NCBI GenBank assembly: GCA_965602015.1
Contig: OZ271918.1
Coordinates: forward strand, 1,792,001-1,856,000
Reading direction: 5' to 3'
DNA length: 64,000 nt
Source: Salinispira sp.
GTDB lineage: Bacteria > Spirochaetota > Spirochaetia > DSM-27196 > Salinispiraceae
In this document: positions 26,484 through 36,688 of the stretch, piece after piece
How positions within the stretch are numbered: position 1 is the first letter of the stretch
How the letters are laid out: the number at the start of each line of letters is the position of its first letter
Position numbers and translations under genes: made by a program
The notes under the pieces: generated by a model
The model's input: the letters and a program-made list of their open reading frames with translations, nothing else
What the model was told of the DNA's origin: nothing
Databases searched by the model: none

Positions 26484-28286
26484 CTACTCCGGCATTCTCC
26501 AGAGGGCCGATGACTCTGCGGGACGTAGTTCCCGGGGCAGTGACGAATATCTGTCGGCCGGGATGAGCTGTTCGACGCTTATAGTGCCGTTGACAAACTC
26601 AGCCAGGTATATGGTGCCCAAGTCATCCCTTCTGAGACGATATTGCAGGTCTCCATCCCGGTAATAATGTAGCAACTCAAATATTCCGTCGGCATTGGTA
26701 TCGTACCGCGATGCAATTATCTGGTTGCTCTCATACCGGCTCTGGTGAATCTCTCCGGCGGAGTTTCCGCTGGAAAACCTGCTTTCTACAAGATATATAT
26801 ACGGGGCGAAATCATCAATGAGAGTCTGTATATCCTCAAGTTCATTGAGAAAAAGGCCCTGATTCACCGCCGGTTCGGAATAGAGAAAAAAATCCTCGGG
26901 ACCGTTTTGTCCCTGGAGCATATCCAGAATACCGGCACGGAAGTTAAACGCAAAATCCCGGTTTTGTATGCGTACTGCAGGAAGGCGATATTGTTCTCCC
27001 GAGAGAAAATAACTGATCTCTTCGTCCCGGCCATCGCTGATCCTGGTGAGCTGGGCATGATGAACATCGGGGTAGCGCTCATACACGATTTCCAGGGTCA
27101 TGTCGGACTCGCGGATGATTAGTGCATAGGGAACCACCGTGCCGGCATCATCCCGATGGAACAAGATTTCCCGCTCCCTGATGTTATCCTGATTCCAATC
27201 GCTTCGTACAAGATGAATGGCCTGATTGAGGTACTGCACCTCAATTTCCGCATGGCCGTCCCTATCAGGATCGATGGACAGCAATGGGAAGTTCTCGAAC
27301 TGGAAGCGGAAAAACTCCTGGGAATCCGCAAGTTGCTCGAGATTCAGCTCGCGAACCGCCGAAAGCAGCATGTAATCCGTCAAAGCCAAGCCGCCTTCCA
27401 AATCAGCGAGATAGGCTCGACGCCGGGTATAGGGCAGTTCCTCAAGATAGATAAGCTCCGAAAGGGGATCGGGGTCGGGAAAACTCCGATATGCCGCAAG
27501 CATCCGCTGCCTGGCCTCCCCGACCTCCATTCCCAGTAAATACGTTAACATGGCCCGGGAAATATAGGGCAGCTCACGCTCATCCAGAAGACCCCGGTCA
27601 TAGCGTTGCCAGGCCTGGAGAAGCCAGCGGTAATCGCTGATCAACGGCAGCTCCTGAAAGATTATATTCAGTGATTTGAACCGGCGATCCTCCGGGTATC
27701 GGCTAAGCGCCCGTTGAAGAAGCCTTTCTGCGCCGGCGGAATCACCGGAGCGATACAGGCTGTGCAGCAAATCTACCAGAATATCCGAATAGTTCAGGTA
27801 GCTCATCCAGCGCCCGTCTGCAATGTACTGGGAATAAATGCTGTCGTAGCGCTTCATCTGCAACAGCAGCCCAATGTATTCCCTCTCGGCGTCGACGGCG
27901 GCGGTGTACTCCCATCGGGCAGAAATCAAGGCATTGTTCAGCTGTTCCGCGCCTTCAAGCCGACGTCCCTCGCGAACGCGTTTACGGCCCAAATGGAACA
28001 GGGCATCGCTGTTGTCCGGGTTGTATTCCAGGGCGGTTTGCAGAAGCTCCTCGGCCCGCATCGGACTATGGCCCGGTTCCCGAAGGAATTCCGCCATGAC
28101 CCGGGAAGAGATATTGCGATTCATGGCGTCATGTACATCGCTGTGTGCGTGGACAGTATCCTGAGCCATGAGCAAAGCGCTGCAAAGGAAATAAAAAACA
28201 GCTGCGGCTATATGCCGCAGCTGCCATGCATTGAGATTATCTGTTGTATTACTCGGCGCTGTCCGCTTCCCGGGATTCTTGAGCAT
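26484..28286 (-). CDS. Exported TPR-containing hypothetical protein
   Basis: Hydrophobic signal; ALEYNPDNSDALFHLG TPR-like motif; DxDxDG motifs; start uncertain. Confidence 0.65.
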   Translation of the reverse strand: MLKNPGKRTAPSNTTDNLNAWQLRHIAAAVFYFLCSALLMAQDTVHAHSDVHDAMNRNISSRVMAEFLREPGHSPMRAEELLQTALEYNPDNSDALFHLGRKRVREGRRLEGAEQLNNALISARWEYTAAVDAEREYIGLLLQMKRYDSIYSQYIADGRWMSYLNYSDILVDLLHSLYRSGDSAGAERLLQRALSRYPEDRRFKSLNIIFQELPLISDYRWLLQAWQRYDRGLLDERELPYISRAMLTYLLGMEVGEARQRMLAAYRSFPDPDPLSELIYLEELPYTRRRAYLADLEGGLALTDYMLLSAVRELNLEQLADSQEFFRFQFENFPLLSIDPDRDGHAEIEVQYLNQAIHLVRSDWNQDNIREREILFHRDDAGTVVPYALIIRESDMTLEIVYERYPDVHHAQLTRISDGRDEEISYFLSGEQYRLPAVRIQNRDFAFNFRAGILDMLQGQNGPEDFFLYSEPAVNQGLFLNELEDIQTLIDDFAPYIYLVESRFSSGNSAGEIHQSRYESNQIIASRYDTNADGIFELLHYYRDGDLQYRLRRDDLGTIYLAEFVNGTISVEQLIPADRYSSLPRELRPAESSALWRMPE

Positions 28287-30168
28287 GGGTTTCCTCAGTC
28301 TTCTTGACCGGCGTTAACCCCAGTAATTCACGGACTTCTTCATCGCTCATGGTTTCTCTTTTGAGCAGCTCGTCCGCCAGGGTATCCAGTTTATCCTTAT
28401 TATCGGACAGAATCTTAAATGCTCGATCATAAGATTGGTTGAGTATTTTCCGGATCTGATCGTCGACTTGCTGTGCCAAATCCTCCGAATAGTCCTTGTG
28501 CTGAGCGAGCTCACGCCCCAAAAAGATTGGCTGGTCGTCCTGACCAAGGGAAATAGGTCCGAGCTCGCTCATGCCGTACGCGCAAACCATTTTGCGGGCG
28601 ATATCCGTGGCGGACTTCAAATCTCCAACCACCCCGTCGCTGGTGTCGTCGTATTCGAGCTTCTCGGCTATCATGCCACCGTAAGATATACAAATGCGAT
28701 CTTCGAACCAGCGCTGGGTGTGGTTGCTCCGGTCATTCTCCGGAAGGCTCCAGGTGACTCCGCCCGCCATGCCGCGGGGGATTATGGTTACCTTGTGCAG
28801 CGGGTCGGCATTCTCAAGATAGTAATGGAGAAGAGCATGCCCCCCCTCGTGATATGCCGTCATTCGGGCAGTTTCAGGAGTAACAGTCTTTGATTTTTTT
28901 GCAACGCCCATAAATACCTTGTCGCGGGCTTCTTCAAAGTCATCGCGGGTGACGTAACGGTTATTATTCCGGGCAGCCTGAAGGGCGGCTTCGTTCACCA
29001 AATTCGCAAGATCGGCACCGGATGCTCCGGGAGTTGCCCTGGCAATAATTTCCAGGTCTACCCCCCCGTCGAGGGGGACCTTTGCGGCATGTATTTTCAA
29101 GATAGCATGGCGTTCCTGAACATCGGGCATATCCACCACCACCCGCCGGTCGAATCGGCCGGGACGCAGAAGCGCAGGATCGAGAACGTCGACCCGGTTC
29201 GTGGCAGCCAAGATAATGACCCCGTCTTTTGTATCGAAACCGTCCATTTCAACGAGCATCTGGTTGAGGGTCTGCTCCCGTTCGTCGTGACCGCCGCCCA
29301 TGCCCGCACCTCGGGTTCTGCCGACGGCGTCGAGCTCGTCAATAAATATAATGCAGGGTGCGTTCTTCCGGCCCTGTTCAAAAAGGTCCCGGACCCGGCT
29401 GGCGCCGACGCCCACGAACATTTCCACAAAATCTGATCCGGACATGTGAAAGAACTTCACCCCTGCCTCGCCGGCCGTTGCCTTTGCTAGAAGGGTCTTC
29501 CCGGTGCCCGGCATACCGACAAGGAGAACGCCGGTGGGGATTTTGGCTCCCATATCTTCGAACTTCTTGGGGTTTTTCAAAAACTCGACCACTTCTTCAA
29601 GTTCGTATTTTGCCTCTTTTTGGCCGGCGACGTCGGCAAAGGTGATTTTCTTTTTATCTTCCTGATACAGCTTGGCCTTGCTCTTGCCAAAACTGAAGGC
29701 CCGATTGCCGCTTCCCTGGACCTGACGGAGCATAAACCAGATGAAAAATATGCCGATTACCCAGGGAAACAGGTTCAACAGCACAACCAGGGGGCTTACG
29801 GGGCTTTCCTCACCGTTGAGTACCACCCCATTCTGGGCGGAAATCCGTGAGATCAAATCCGGATCCGCATAGGGAATTCTGGTGGTAAAGCGCTCTTCAA
29901 CATTGTTTCTCCGCAGGCGACCCTCAATAAGCGAGTTGCCCACTATATTCACTTCCTCGACGATTCCGCTTTGGAGAAAACTGTTAAACTGGGAATAACT
30001 GATCTCCGTACCCGTTGGGGTCATATTCGGGAGAAGAAAGAGAACAAAGCTGACAAGGACGGCAATCAGCATGATTAACGCGAAACGGTTATTCCGGAAA
30101 TTGAAATTCAACGGCTGGTTAGGATCGCCGTTATTGTTTTTGTCGTTGTTTTGATTATTATCGTTCAC
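28249..30168 (-). CDS. ftsH: ATP-dependent zinc metalloprotease FtsH
   Basis: Two TM helices, [27 protein letters not shown]. Confidence 0.98.
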   Translation of the reverse strand: MNDNNQNNDKNNNGDPNQPLNFNFRNNRFALIMLIAVLVSFVLFLLPNMTPTGTEISYSQFNSFLQSGIVEEVNIVGNSLIEGRLRRNNVEERFTTRIPYADPDLISRISAQNGVVLNGEESPVSPLVVLLNLFPWVIGIFFIWFMLRQVQGSGNRAFSFGKSKAKLYQEDKKKITFADVAGQKEAKYELEEVVEFLKNPKKFEDMGAKIPTGVLLVGMPGTGKTLLAKATAGEAGVKFFHMSGSDFVEMFVGVGASRVRDLFEQGRKNAPCIIFIDELDAVGRTRGAGMGGGHDEREQTLNQMLVEMDGFDTKDGVIILAATNRVDVLDPALLRPGRFDRRVVVDMPDVQERHAILKIHAAKVPLDGGVDLEIIARATPGASGADLANLVNEAALQAARNNNRYVTRDDFEEARDKVFMGVAKKSKTVTPETARMTAYHEGGHALLHYYLENADPLHKVTIIPRGMAGGVTWSLPENDRSNHTQRWFEDRICISYGGMIAEKLEYDDTSDGVVGDLKSATDIARKMVCAYGMSELGPISLGQDDQPIFLGRELAQHKDYSEDLAQQVDDQIRKILNQSYDRAFKILSDNKDKLDTLADELLKRETMSDEEVRELLGLTPVKKTEETHAQESREADSAE

Positions 30169-31729
30169 CTGCTGTACTCCACGTTTTTTCCGAATTTATG
30201 ATGCGAATGGGCAGTTTTTCGCCGCCTGACCATAGTATTTGCCATCGCTCCAAGGCAAAATCTGGAGCAATAACAGCTGCCGGTTTTCCATCGGCAAGAA
30301 TCAGTGGCAAAAACGGCCGCATCCATTCTCCGAAGTGCTCTAATACCCCTCGGTTTCCTGTTAAAAGATACCAAAATTCTTGCCAGGAATTAAGGGAATT
30401 TTGGAACAAAAGAAACCGGCCACAGGGTACCAGGTTTATCGTTCCTACTGACCTCTTATTGCTTCCCGGGCCCTTTTGATCTTTTTCCCGTTTAACACTG
30501 ATTGCTGCTCGGGAAACCGGAGAAAGCGTCCGGACCCCTCCGGGAAACAGTGGTAGAAAGTACCCTTTTTTTATGTCATCGGCAAGGGAGAGTGCCGAGT
30601 GCAAACGGCCCGCGGCGGTGAAGAACCCGAGGCCGTATCCCGGAAGGAGGAGTCTTTTAGATGTCTCCTCTGAGGTGCATAGCTCATCAAAGGCCGCATC
30701 GAGAACTTCGGCGGGAATCCTCAGGTCCTCATACTGCGCCTCGCACTTCTGTGAAGCGGAGAAAAAACTCATTCGCCGTTGTTGAGCGGTCATACTTCTC
30801 AGCTCTTCGAGACCAATATGCATATGCCCCTGTCCGAGCACTGCTCCCGCTCTCCAGAAATTGTTGTGCCCGCCGTCAGGTGAGGAAGACACATGCCCGG
30901 GCGCGGGAGTCCCGGCATATGCGTCATATTGTGTGTTCTGGCACGAGGAGAAATACAATCGGTCTACATTGGCATCGATATTTCCAAAGTGCCGTCCCAA
31001 TTCGGGCAAAAGAGAATTGCGCACATAATTCCTGCGGAATTTCTCCTGGGAGTTGCTGGGATCCTCGTTAAAGCTCAGCCCGTTGCTTTGCTGGTACTCG
31101 ATGATATCGGCCCGTGAGAGTTGGGGCGTCGCCAGTAAAAACGGCCGCAATATGTTTCCCGAAACCGGGGCCAATGCCGTGCGCACCGGATCCTGTCCCT
31201 GCAGAAAGGACATAAGCATCTGTTCCCGGCGGTCATCCGCATGATGGGCGGTGAGGACAAGTTCCCCGGCTGCGGCGGGGAAATCAGATTGCAGAGCGTC
31301 GCGAAAAATTCGCAACCTCAGCGTACGCGCTGCAGCCTCGGTGCCTCCAAGGGCTTTTGAGTACGATAAAACCAGCCCGTGCGGGGCGCGGTACACAATG
31401 AGGGGTACGCTAAAAGAGACGCAGAGGGATGAAATCACACAAAGATCGGAAACAGAATCCCTCTCCCTTCGAATTCCATGGTCAACGTGCAGTGCCCGGA
31501 TCTCCCAGCCTTCGTTCTCAAGCTCCCGGCGGCGCATTGCGAGCATATGCAAAAGCGTCACCGAATCCCTGCCGCCGGAAAGCCCGAGCCATAGTGTTTT
31601 TTTTCCGGACAGCCGCTTGTCCCGGCGGTATGTCCGAAGGAAATTAATGAGACTTTCCGCCACCCGATCGCTGAGCGGCTTGCCGGGGTCGGGGACTTGT
31701 GCCTTACCCCTGTGATTCAACGGGTTCAC
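30158..31729 (-). CDS. tilS: tRNA(Ile)-lysidine synthase
   Basis: SGGRDS, HVDHGIR, EAAARTLR, TAHHADD, EDPSN...RNYVR; start uncertain. Confidence 0.92.
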   Translation of the reverse strand: MNPLNHRGKAQVPDPGKPLSDRVAESLINFLRTYRRDKRLSGKKTLWLGLSGGRDSVTLLHMLAMRRRELENEGWEIRALHVDHGIRRERDSVSDLCVISSLCVSFSVPLIVYRAPHGLVLSYSKALGGTEAAARTLRLRIFRDALQSDFPAAAGELVLTAHHADDRREQMLMSFLQGQDPVRTALAPVSGNILRPFLLATPQLSRADIIEYQQSNGLSFNEDPSNSQEKFRRNYVRNSLLPELGRHFGNIDANVDRLYFSSCQNTQYDAYAGTPAPGHVSSSPDGGHNNFWRAGAVLGQGHMHIGLEELRSMTAQQRRMSFFSASQKCEAQYEDLRIPAEVLDAAFDELCTSEETSKRLLLPGYGLGFFTAAGRLHSALSLADDIKKGYFLPLFPGGVRTLSPVSRAAISVKREKDQKGPGSNKRSVGTINLVPCGRFLLFQNSLNSWQEFWYLLTGNRGVLEHFGEWMRPFLPLILADGKPAAVIAPDFALERWQILWSGGEKLPIRIINSEKTWSTAGER

Positions 31730-32372
31730 CCGCGGGGCTGTGAAGATCCTGGATGACTGATTCTACATCCCTACTAAGCAAAAGGAGAAGGTGATCGGAC
31801 AGGCGGCTAATCGAGGCGTCGAGTACTTCGCGTTCGGTTTTATGAGCTTCTCCGAGCACATGGCTAATAACTTGATCCTTGGAATCCGGTCGGCCGATTC
31901 CGATATAAAGCGGCCAGAAATCCCTGTCGAGGTAGGAAACGAGGGATTTTAATCCGTTATGTCCCGCGGTTCCGCCTCTTTTCTTAAACCTGACGCTCCC
32001 CGGAGGCAGATCCAACTGGTCCACCGCCGCAGCGAATTGAAGATTGTGACCGTAGCGCCTCAGCAAGTGGGGAATGATCTTTCCGCTGCGATTCATATAG
32101 GTAAGGGGCTTCACCAGAAGTATGCACGAGAATCGAGGCGAATCGACTGGGCTGCCGGCCTGACCTGAGAGCTTTCCGTCTCGTTCATGCTCAAATACCA
32201 GGGAAGCGGGCAGCTCGGCGATTTCATACGGGGCAAACCACGGACGACGGAGGCGCAGACGAAACCGGGAAGCCAGGACGTCGATAAGCCAAAAGCCCAC
32301 ATTGTGTCGGGTCTTGCGGTACTCCCGTCCGGGGTTTCCCAGGCCTATTATGCAGAGAATATCGCGTTGCAC
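31704..32372 (-). CDS. pth: Peptidyl-tRNA hydrolase
   Basis: GLGNPG..Y..TRHNVGF, KPLTYMNRSG, GHNGLKS; start uncertain (GTG 32372 chosen; ORF is open further upstream). Confidence 0.92.
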   Translation of the reverse strand: MQRDILCIIGLGNPGREYRKTRHNVGFWLIDVLASRFRLRLRRPWFAPYEIAELPASLVFEHERDGKLSGQAGSPVDSPRFSCILLVKPLTYMNRSGKIIPHLLRRYGHNLQFAAAVDQLDLPPGSVRFKKRGGTAGHNGLKSLVSYLDRDFWPLYIGIGRPDSKDQVISHVLGEAHKTEREVLDASISRLSDHLLLLLSRDVESVIQDLHSPAGEPVESQG

Positions 32373-32478
32373 TGTACTGTTATTTTTACTGATAGCGGCA
32401 GAGTCATGACCTGACGCGTCGGCCGGGCCATGACTCGGTGTAAAAGGAGCGTCGGGGGACGATTCATCCCCGGTAGGA

Positions 32479-33093
32479 TCATTCTTCAGAAGCTTCGGCT
32501 TCCTCATCGACCATGCCTTCTTCTTCTTCACCCTCGGTTTCTTCAACTTCGGCGCGGGCGTGAGTAATAGCCGCAACCAGTTGATCTTCATTGGTGAGAA
32601 TCTTTACCCCTGCCGGTGCAGTGACATCGCTGACATGCAGGGCTTCGACCAGACCGGCAATATCAATTTCAATAGAAGCGGGCAAATTCTTGGGAAGACA
32701 CTCAATATCGAGCTCGTGAAGAGGAGCTTCAAGGATACCGCCTTCGCGAACACCTGCGGGAGTGCCGTGAAGGTGCAGAGGCACCCGGGTCTTGAGGGTC
32801 TTACCCGCTTCGATTTCATAAAAATCGAGATGAATAAGCTCGCCCTTCATGATGTTCATCTGGTAGTCCTTGATAAGAACCTGAATATCATTCTTCCCGA
32901 GCTTCAGCGTGATGATTTCACTTTCGGTAATATGCTTAAAAACCGCGTTGAACTCCCGGCGGTTAACTAAAACGTGCTGAGGTGCGTCATGACCGTATAC
33001 CACGGCAGGGACGAGCCCCTGAGCCCGGGCCCGGCGGCTGTTGCCGGTGCCCTTGGCACTTCGTTCTTCAACATGCAAAACTTTATCAGACAT
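32479..33093 (-). CDS. rplY: 50S ribosomal protein L25 / Ctc
   Basis: VPAVVYG, HLDFY, GVREGG, acidic tail. Confidence 0.95.
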   Translation of the reverse strand: MSDKVLHVEERSAKGTGNSRRARAQGLVPAVVYGHDAPQHVLVNRREFNAVFKHITESEIITLKLGKNDIQVLIKDYQMNIMKGELIHLDFYEIEAGKTLKTRVPLHLHGTPAGVREGGILEAPLHELDIECLPKNLPASIEIDIAGLVEALHVSDVTAPAGVKILTNEDQLVAAITHARAEVEETEGEEEEGMVDEEAEASEE

Positions 33094-33135
33094 TAAATTC
33101 CTCCAGAAGGCTGCGCATAAACATCATACGCTGAA

Positions 33136-33208
33136 CTGGGATGGGAGGATTCGAACCTCCGCATGCCGGGATCAAAACCCGGTGCCTTAACCGCTTGGCT
33201 ACATCCCA
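33136..33208 (-). tRNA. tRNA-Gln (TTG)
   Basis: TGGGATGTAGCCAAGCGGTTAAGGCA-CCGGG-TT-TTG-AT-CCCGG...GGTTCGAATCC. Confidence 0.96.
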
Positions 33209-33337
33209 TAGATATTTTTAGAGTGGTTACAATATCGTAAAATACCGATACGTGTCAAATGATTTCACCGGGGGAGAGCTGATTCGTAAAGTCTTTCAGG
33301 GCGGGAACATAGCTATGAAAGAAGAAGAGAGACTGCT

Positions 33338-33625
33338 TCAGTCCTCGTAATCCCCGTCAGACGCTCCGTCATCCGGCTGGGTATCGTAGGCCATGAGAAT
33401 TTTTTCCTGAAGTTCGTTCCGGAAATCCGAATTTATCGGATGGGCCACGTCTTTATATTCTCCGGTCTTGGTTTTTCTGCTGGGCATGGCGATAAAAATA
33501 CCGCTTTTGCCCTCGATTACTTTGACATTGTGAACGACAAAGCAGTCATCAAAGGTAACGGTCACATAGGCCTTGAGTTTTCCCTCTGAGCTCACCCGCC
33601 GTACTCGGATATCAGTGATCTGCAT
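33338..33625 (-). CDS. spoVG: SpoVG nucleic-acid-binding regulator
   Basis: MQITDIRVR...[21 protein letters not shown]...YKDVAHPIN. Confidence 0.97.
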   Translation of the reverse strand: MQITDIRVRRVSSEGKLKAYVTVTFDDCFVVHNVKVIEGKSGIFIAMPSRKTKTGEYKDVAHPINSDFRNELQEKILMAYDTQPDDGASDGDYED

Positions 33626-33768
33626 TATCAGCTCCTTTCACTTGATGTAGGCGATCCGAACCGGACTGAAGTTTCGGCACGACGCACAGCGCCGTCAATT
33701 CAAGTATAGGTAATGGGATAATGCCTGTCCAATTAATTCACGAAAACCCGAACCGGTCCAATGTACCT

Positions 33769-35328
33769 TTATCCTCGGAAATGACAGCCGAGGGAACGGG
33801 TATTTGCCCGTGCAGACTGGGCGATGACTGCGGCGGTGAGCACCGCGTTGCGCAACTGTATAATGTCCCGCCCGGCCCTCGCCTGCTGATAAAACTTTTC
33901 AATGCGGTGGCTGTAGTAATTCAAATCTGAAAGGGCGCGGTCAAGCCGCCGTTCATTGCGCAGAATTCCCACGTAATTCCACATGGTCGTCTGAATGTTC
34001 TGCAGGTCATGGGCGATCAGAAGCGGATCGAAGTCCACTACCTGTTCGGGAAAGACCCAGTCGGGGATGCTGTCGATAAGTTCGGACCGCAATCGATACT
34101 CGGTTTTTTTGATGCTTTGGGCGGCCCGCACTCCGAACACCAGGCCCTCGAGCAGACTGACGCTTGCCAGACGATTTGCACCGTGAACCCCGGTACCCGC
34201 GCTTTCACCGACGGCATACAGACCCTTGATTTCAGTTTTGCCGTTGGCGTTAACCTTAATGCCTCCGCAGAAATAATGGGCCGAAGGCACCACCGGGATA
34301 AGATCCTTCCGGAGATCCAGGCCGAGCTCAGCGCATTTAGAATGAATGGCAGGAAAGCGCTCGGAGGGATCCACATCGATGCTTCGGGCGTCGAGATACA
34401 CAAATCCCGTGGAACTGTCCATTTCGCTATAGATGGCCCGGGCGACTTCGTCCCGAGGCGCCAGGTCCTTCAATTCGGGGTTGTAGCGCTCCATGAAATA
34501 CTGTCCGCGCCGGTTCATTAGCCGGGCGCCCTCACCTCTGAGGGCTTCGGTCATGAGAAAACGCTCGGCGTCCCGATGGTAGAGGGTGGTCGGATGGAAC
34601 TGGATGTACTCGCTGTTGATGATTTCGCAGCCCGCCCGATAGGCCATGGCGATGCCGTCTCCGGTGGCCGATGGGGGATTTGAGCTGTGGAGGTACAGGG
34701 AGCCCACCCCGCCGGTCGCCAGAATTACCGCTGGTGAGAACAGGGGAATGATGTCTCCGTTAGCCTCGTTGAGAACATAGGCTCCCAGGATTCTGCGCTT
34801 TTTGTATTTCTGCTGAGCATCGCTGCTATGGTGGGTATTGCTTATGAGGTCGATGGCCAGCATATCATCCAGGAAGCTGATATTACCGCTGCTTTTGGCC
34901 AGGTTCATCAGGCCTTCCTGGATGGCCTTTCCGGTTTGATCCTTGACATGAAGAATGCGGCGAACCGAGTGGGCGCCCTCGCGGGTAAAATCGAAGCTAC
35001 CGTCGGCGTTTTTCTCGAAGGGAATCGCCGCCCGGCGGAGAAGCAAATCCTCAACCACCGACGGACCTTCTTCGGAGACGATGCGCACCGCTTCCGCATT
35101 GTTGATATTGCTTCCGGCGGTGAAAATATCCCGGGCAAGCAGCTCGGGGGTGTCGTCTATGCCGCGGCTCACTATGCCCCCCTGGGCCCACCAGGTGTTG
35201 TTGCCGGAAAGTTCTCCGCTTTTGCTGAGGACCGTTACCTTCATTCCGGCATCCGCCGCGGTAACGGCGCTGGCAAGTCCGGCAATGCCGCTGCCGATGA
35301 TCAGAAGGTCGCAGGAGGCCCTATCCAT
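33769..35328 (-). CDS. nadB: L-aspartate oxidase
   Basis: IIGSGIAG, AQGGI, EGAHS.RRILH, QFHPT, HGANRLAS.SLLE. Confidence 0.95.
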   Translation of the reverse strand: MDRASCDLLIIGSGIAGLASAVTAADAGMKVTVLSKSGELSGNNTWWAQGGIVSRGIDDTPELLARDIFTAGSNINNAEAVRIVSEEGPSVVEDLLLRRAAIPFEKNADGSFDFTREGAHSVRRILHVKDQTGKAIQEGLMNLAKSSGNISFLDDMLAIDLISNTHHSSDAQQKYKKRRILGAYVLNEANGDIIPLFSPAVILATGGVGSLYLHSSNPPSATGDGIAMAYRAGCEIINSEYIQFHPTTLYHRDAERFLMTEALRGEGARLMNRRGQYFMERYNPELKDLAPRDEVARAIYSEMDSSTGFVYLDARSIDVDPSERFPAIHSKCAELGLDLRKDLIPVVPSAHYFCGGIKVNANGKTEIKGLYAVGESAGTGVHGANRLASVSLLEGLVFGVRAAQSIKKTEYRLRSELIDSIPDWVFPEQVVDFDPLLIAHDLQNIQTTMWNYVGILRNERRLDRALSDLNYYSHRIEKFYQQARAGRDIIQLRNAVLTAAVIAQSARANTRSLGCHFRG

Positions 35329-36211
35329 CGCTGCCCTCCTTCCGGGGGAAGCGCATTGAAAAATTATGGTTTTTTACCGAATGGGTCAGGCCGCCCACAG
35401 AAATAAAATCAAGCTCCAAATCCGCAAAGCGGGCGATTTTCTCGGGAGTAAAATCTCCCGAAGCTTCGAACGCGCAGCGCTTTTCCAGCCCCTTTTCCCG
35501 ACGAAGGGATACGGCGGCCCGGCAGTCCTCGTAGCTCATGTTGTCCAGCATGATGACATCGGCGTGCAGGTCCAGCCCTATGCTAACCTCATGGAGATTC
35601 CGGCACTCGAGCTCAATCTTGTAGCGGTCGCCCCAGGCTTTTCGAATCCGTTCAACCGCCGGGGCCGGCCCGCCTGCGGCGTCCACATGATTGTCTTTGA
35701 GCATAACCATATCGTACAGCCCCATCCTGTGGTTCCCGCCTCCGCCGTCGATGACCGCGGCCTTCGACAGCCTGCGCAGCCCTGGAAGGGTTTTACGGGT
35801 ATCGAGAATTTTCGTCGGTGAGCTTCCGAGGGCCATGACATGTTCACGCACAGTGCCCGCGATACCGGACAAAAAACCCAGGAAGTTCAGGGCAATTCGC
35901 TCCGCACGGAGAATCGCCGCCGCCGGACCGTTGATTTCAGCGATTAGCTGACCGTCGCTGATTTCTTCGCCGTCGGTCGCGTGAAAAACCAGTTGGAAAT
36001 CCGCCATCGGGGTGATGGCGGTAAAACACTCGGCGGCGAAGCCAAGACCCGAGAGAACCCCGCTCTGCCGGGAATACAGGCCGACGCGGACCCGTTGGTC
36101 GGTAAAGAGCACCGATGAGGTTACATCGCCGGACTCACCCAGGTCTTCCCGGATTGCCAGTTCAAGCAATTGTCTGAAGTCTTCCTGCAAATCGTGCCGG
36201 CTGATATCCAT
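35321..36211 (-). CDS. nadC: Quinolinate phosphoribosyltransferase
   Basis: ILDTRKTLPG, NHRMGLYD, KDNH, IMLDNM, EASG. Confidence 0.96.
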   Translation of the reverse strand: MDISRHDLQEDFRQLLELAIREDLGESGDVTSSVLFTDQRVRVGLYSRQSGVLSGLGFAAECFTAITPMADFQLVFHATDGEEISDGQLIAEINGPAAAILRAERIALNFLGFLSGIAGTVREHVMALGSSPTKILDTRKTLPGLRRLSKAAVIDGGGGNHRMGLYDMVMLKDNHVDAAGGPAPAVERIRKAWGDRYKIELECRNLHEVSIGLDLHADVIMLDNMSYEDCRAAVSLRREKGLEKRCAFEASGDFTPEKIARFADLELDFISVGGLTHSVKNHNFSMRFPRKEGSDG

Positions 36212-36230
36212 CTTGTTTCTCCAGTGAGTT

Positions 36231-36623
36231 CTATTGCGCGGCTATTTCCAGAACCGGAGCCTCGAACCAGAGTTTTTCCAGATCGTAAAACTTTCGGGCT
36301 TCTTCGGTCATGAGGTGAATGATAAAATAATCGCAGTCCAGAAGGGTCCAGTTGTCCTCCTGGGATTGCTTCTTGCCGCCCCTACAGTCGATTTTTTGCT
36401 GATAGAAATACTCATGAAGCTGCTTCACCGCCCCTTTCAGCTGACCGTAAGAGTTTACCGTCGCAATGAGGTAAAAGTCCGTAACGCTTGAACGGCCCCG
36501 CAAATCCAGGCCCTTTACATCGTTGAGTTTGATATCCCGCATGTGACCGGCGGTGGCGAGAACCTCATCCAATTCACTCTTGACCGCTTCGGTCTCTAGA
36601 TTTTTACGTGTTTCTGCTGCCAT
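36231..36623 (-). CDS. rsfS: Ribosome silencing factor
   Basis: WTLLDC...IIHLM..EARKFYDLEKLW. Confidence 0.93.
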   Translation of the reverse strand: MAAETRKNLETEAVKSELDEVLATAGHMRDIKLNDVKGLDLRGRSSVTDFYLIATVNSYGQLKGAVKQLHEYFYQQKIDCRGGKKQSQEDNWTLLDCDYFIIHLMTEEARKFYDLEKLWFEAPVLEIAAQ

Positions 36624-36688
36624 GTAGGCGCTCCTGTTTTTTTCATTGTACGATAAAACCGGCAGCTTGTACTGCCGATTTCACAGAG

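Noticed and set aside
32373..32591. Long N-terminal extension of Pth
   Set aside because: It overlaps rplY by more than 100 nt and has no recognisable motif; probably an ORF-calling artefact.
36654..36681. Third REP copy or sigma-28 promoter (CGGCAG-CTTGTA-CTGCCG; TAAA...GCCGAT)
   Set aside because: Only a short match to the repeat, and the promoter would point antisense; could be chance.
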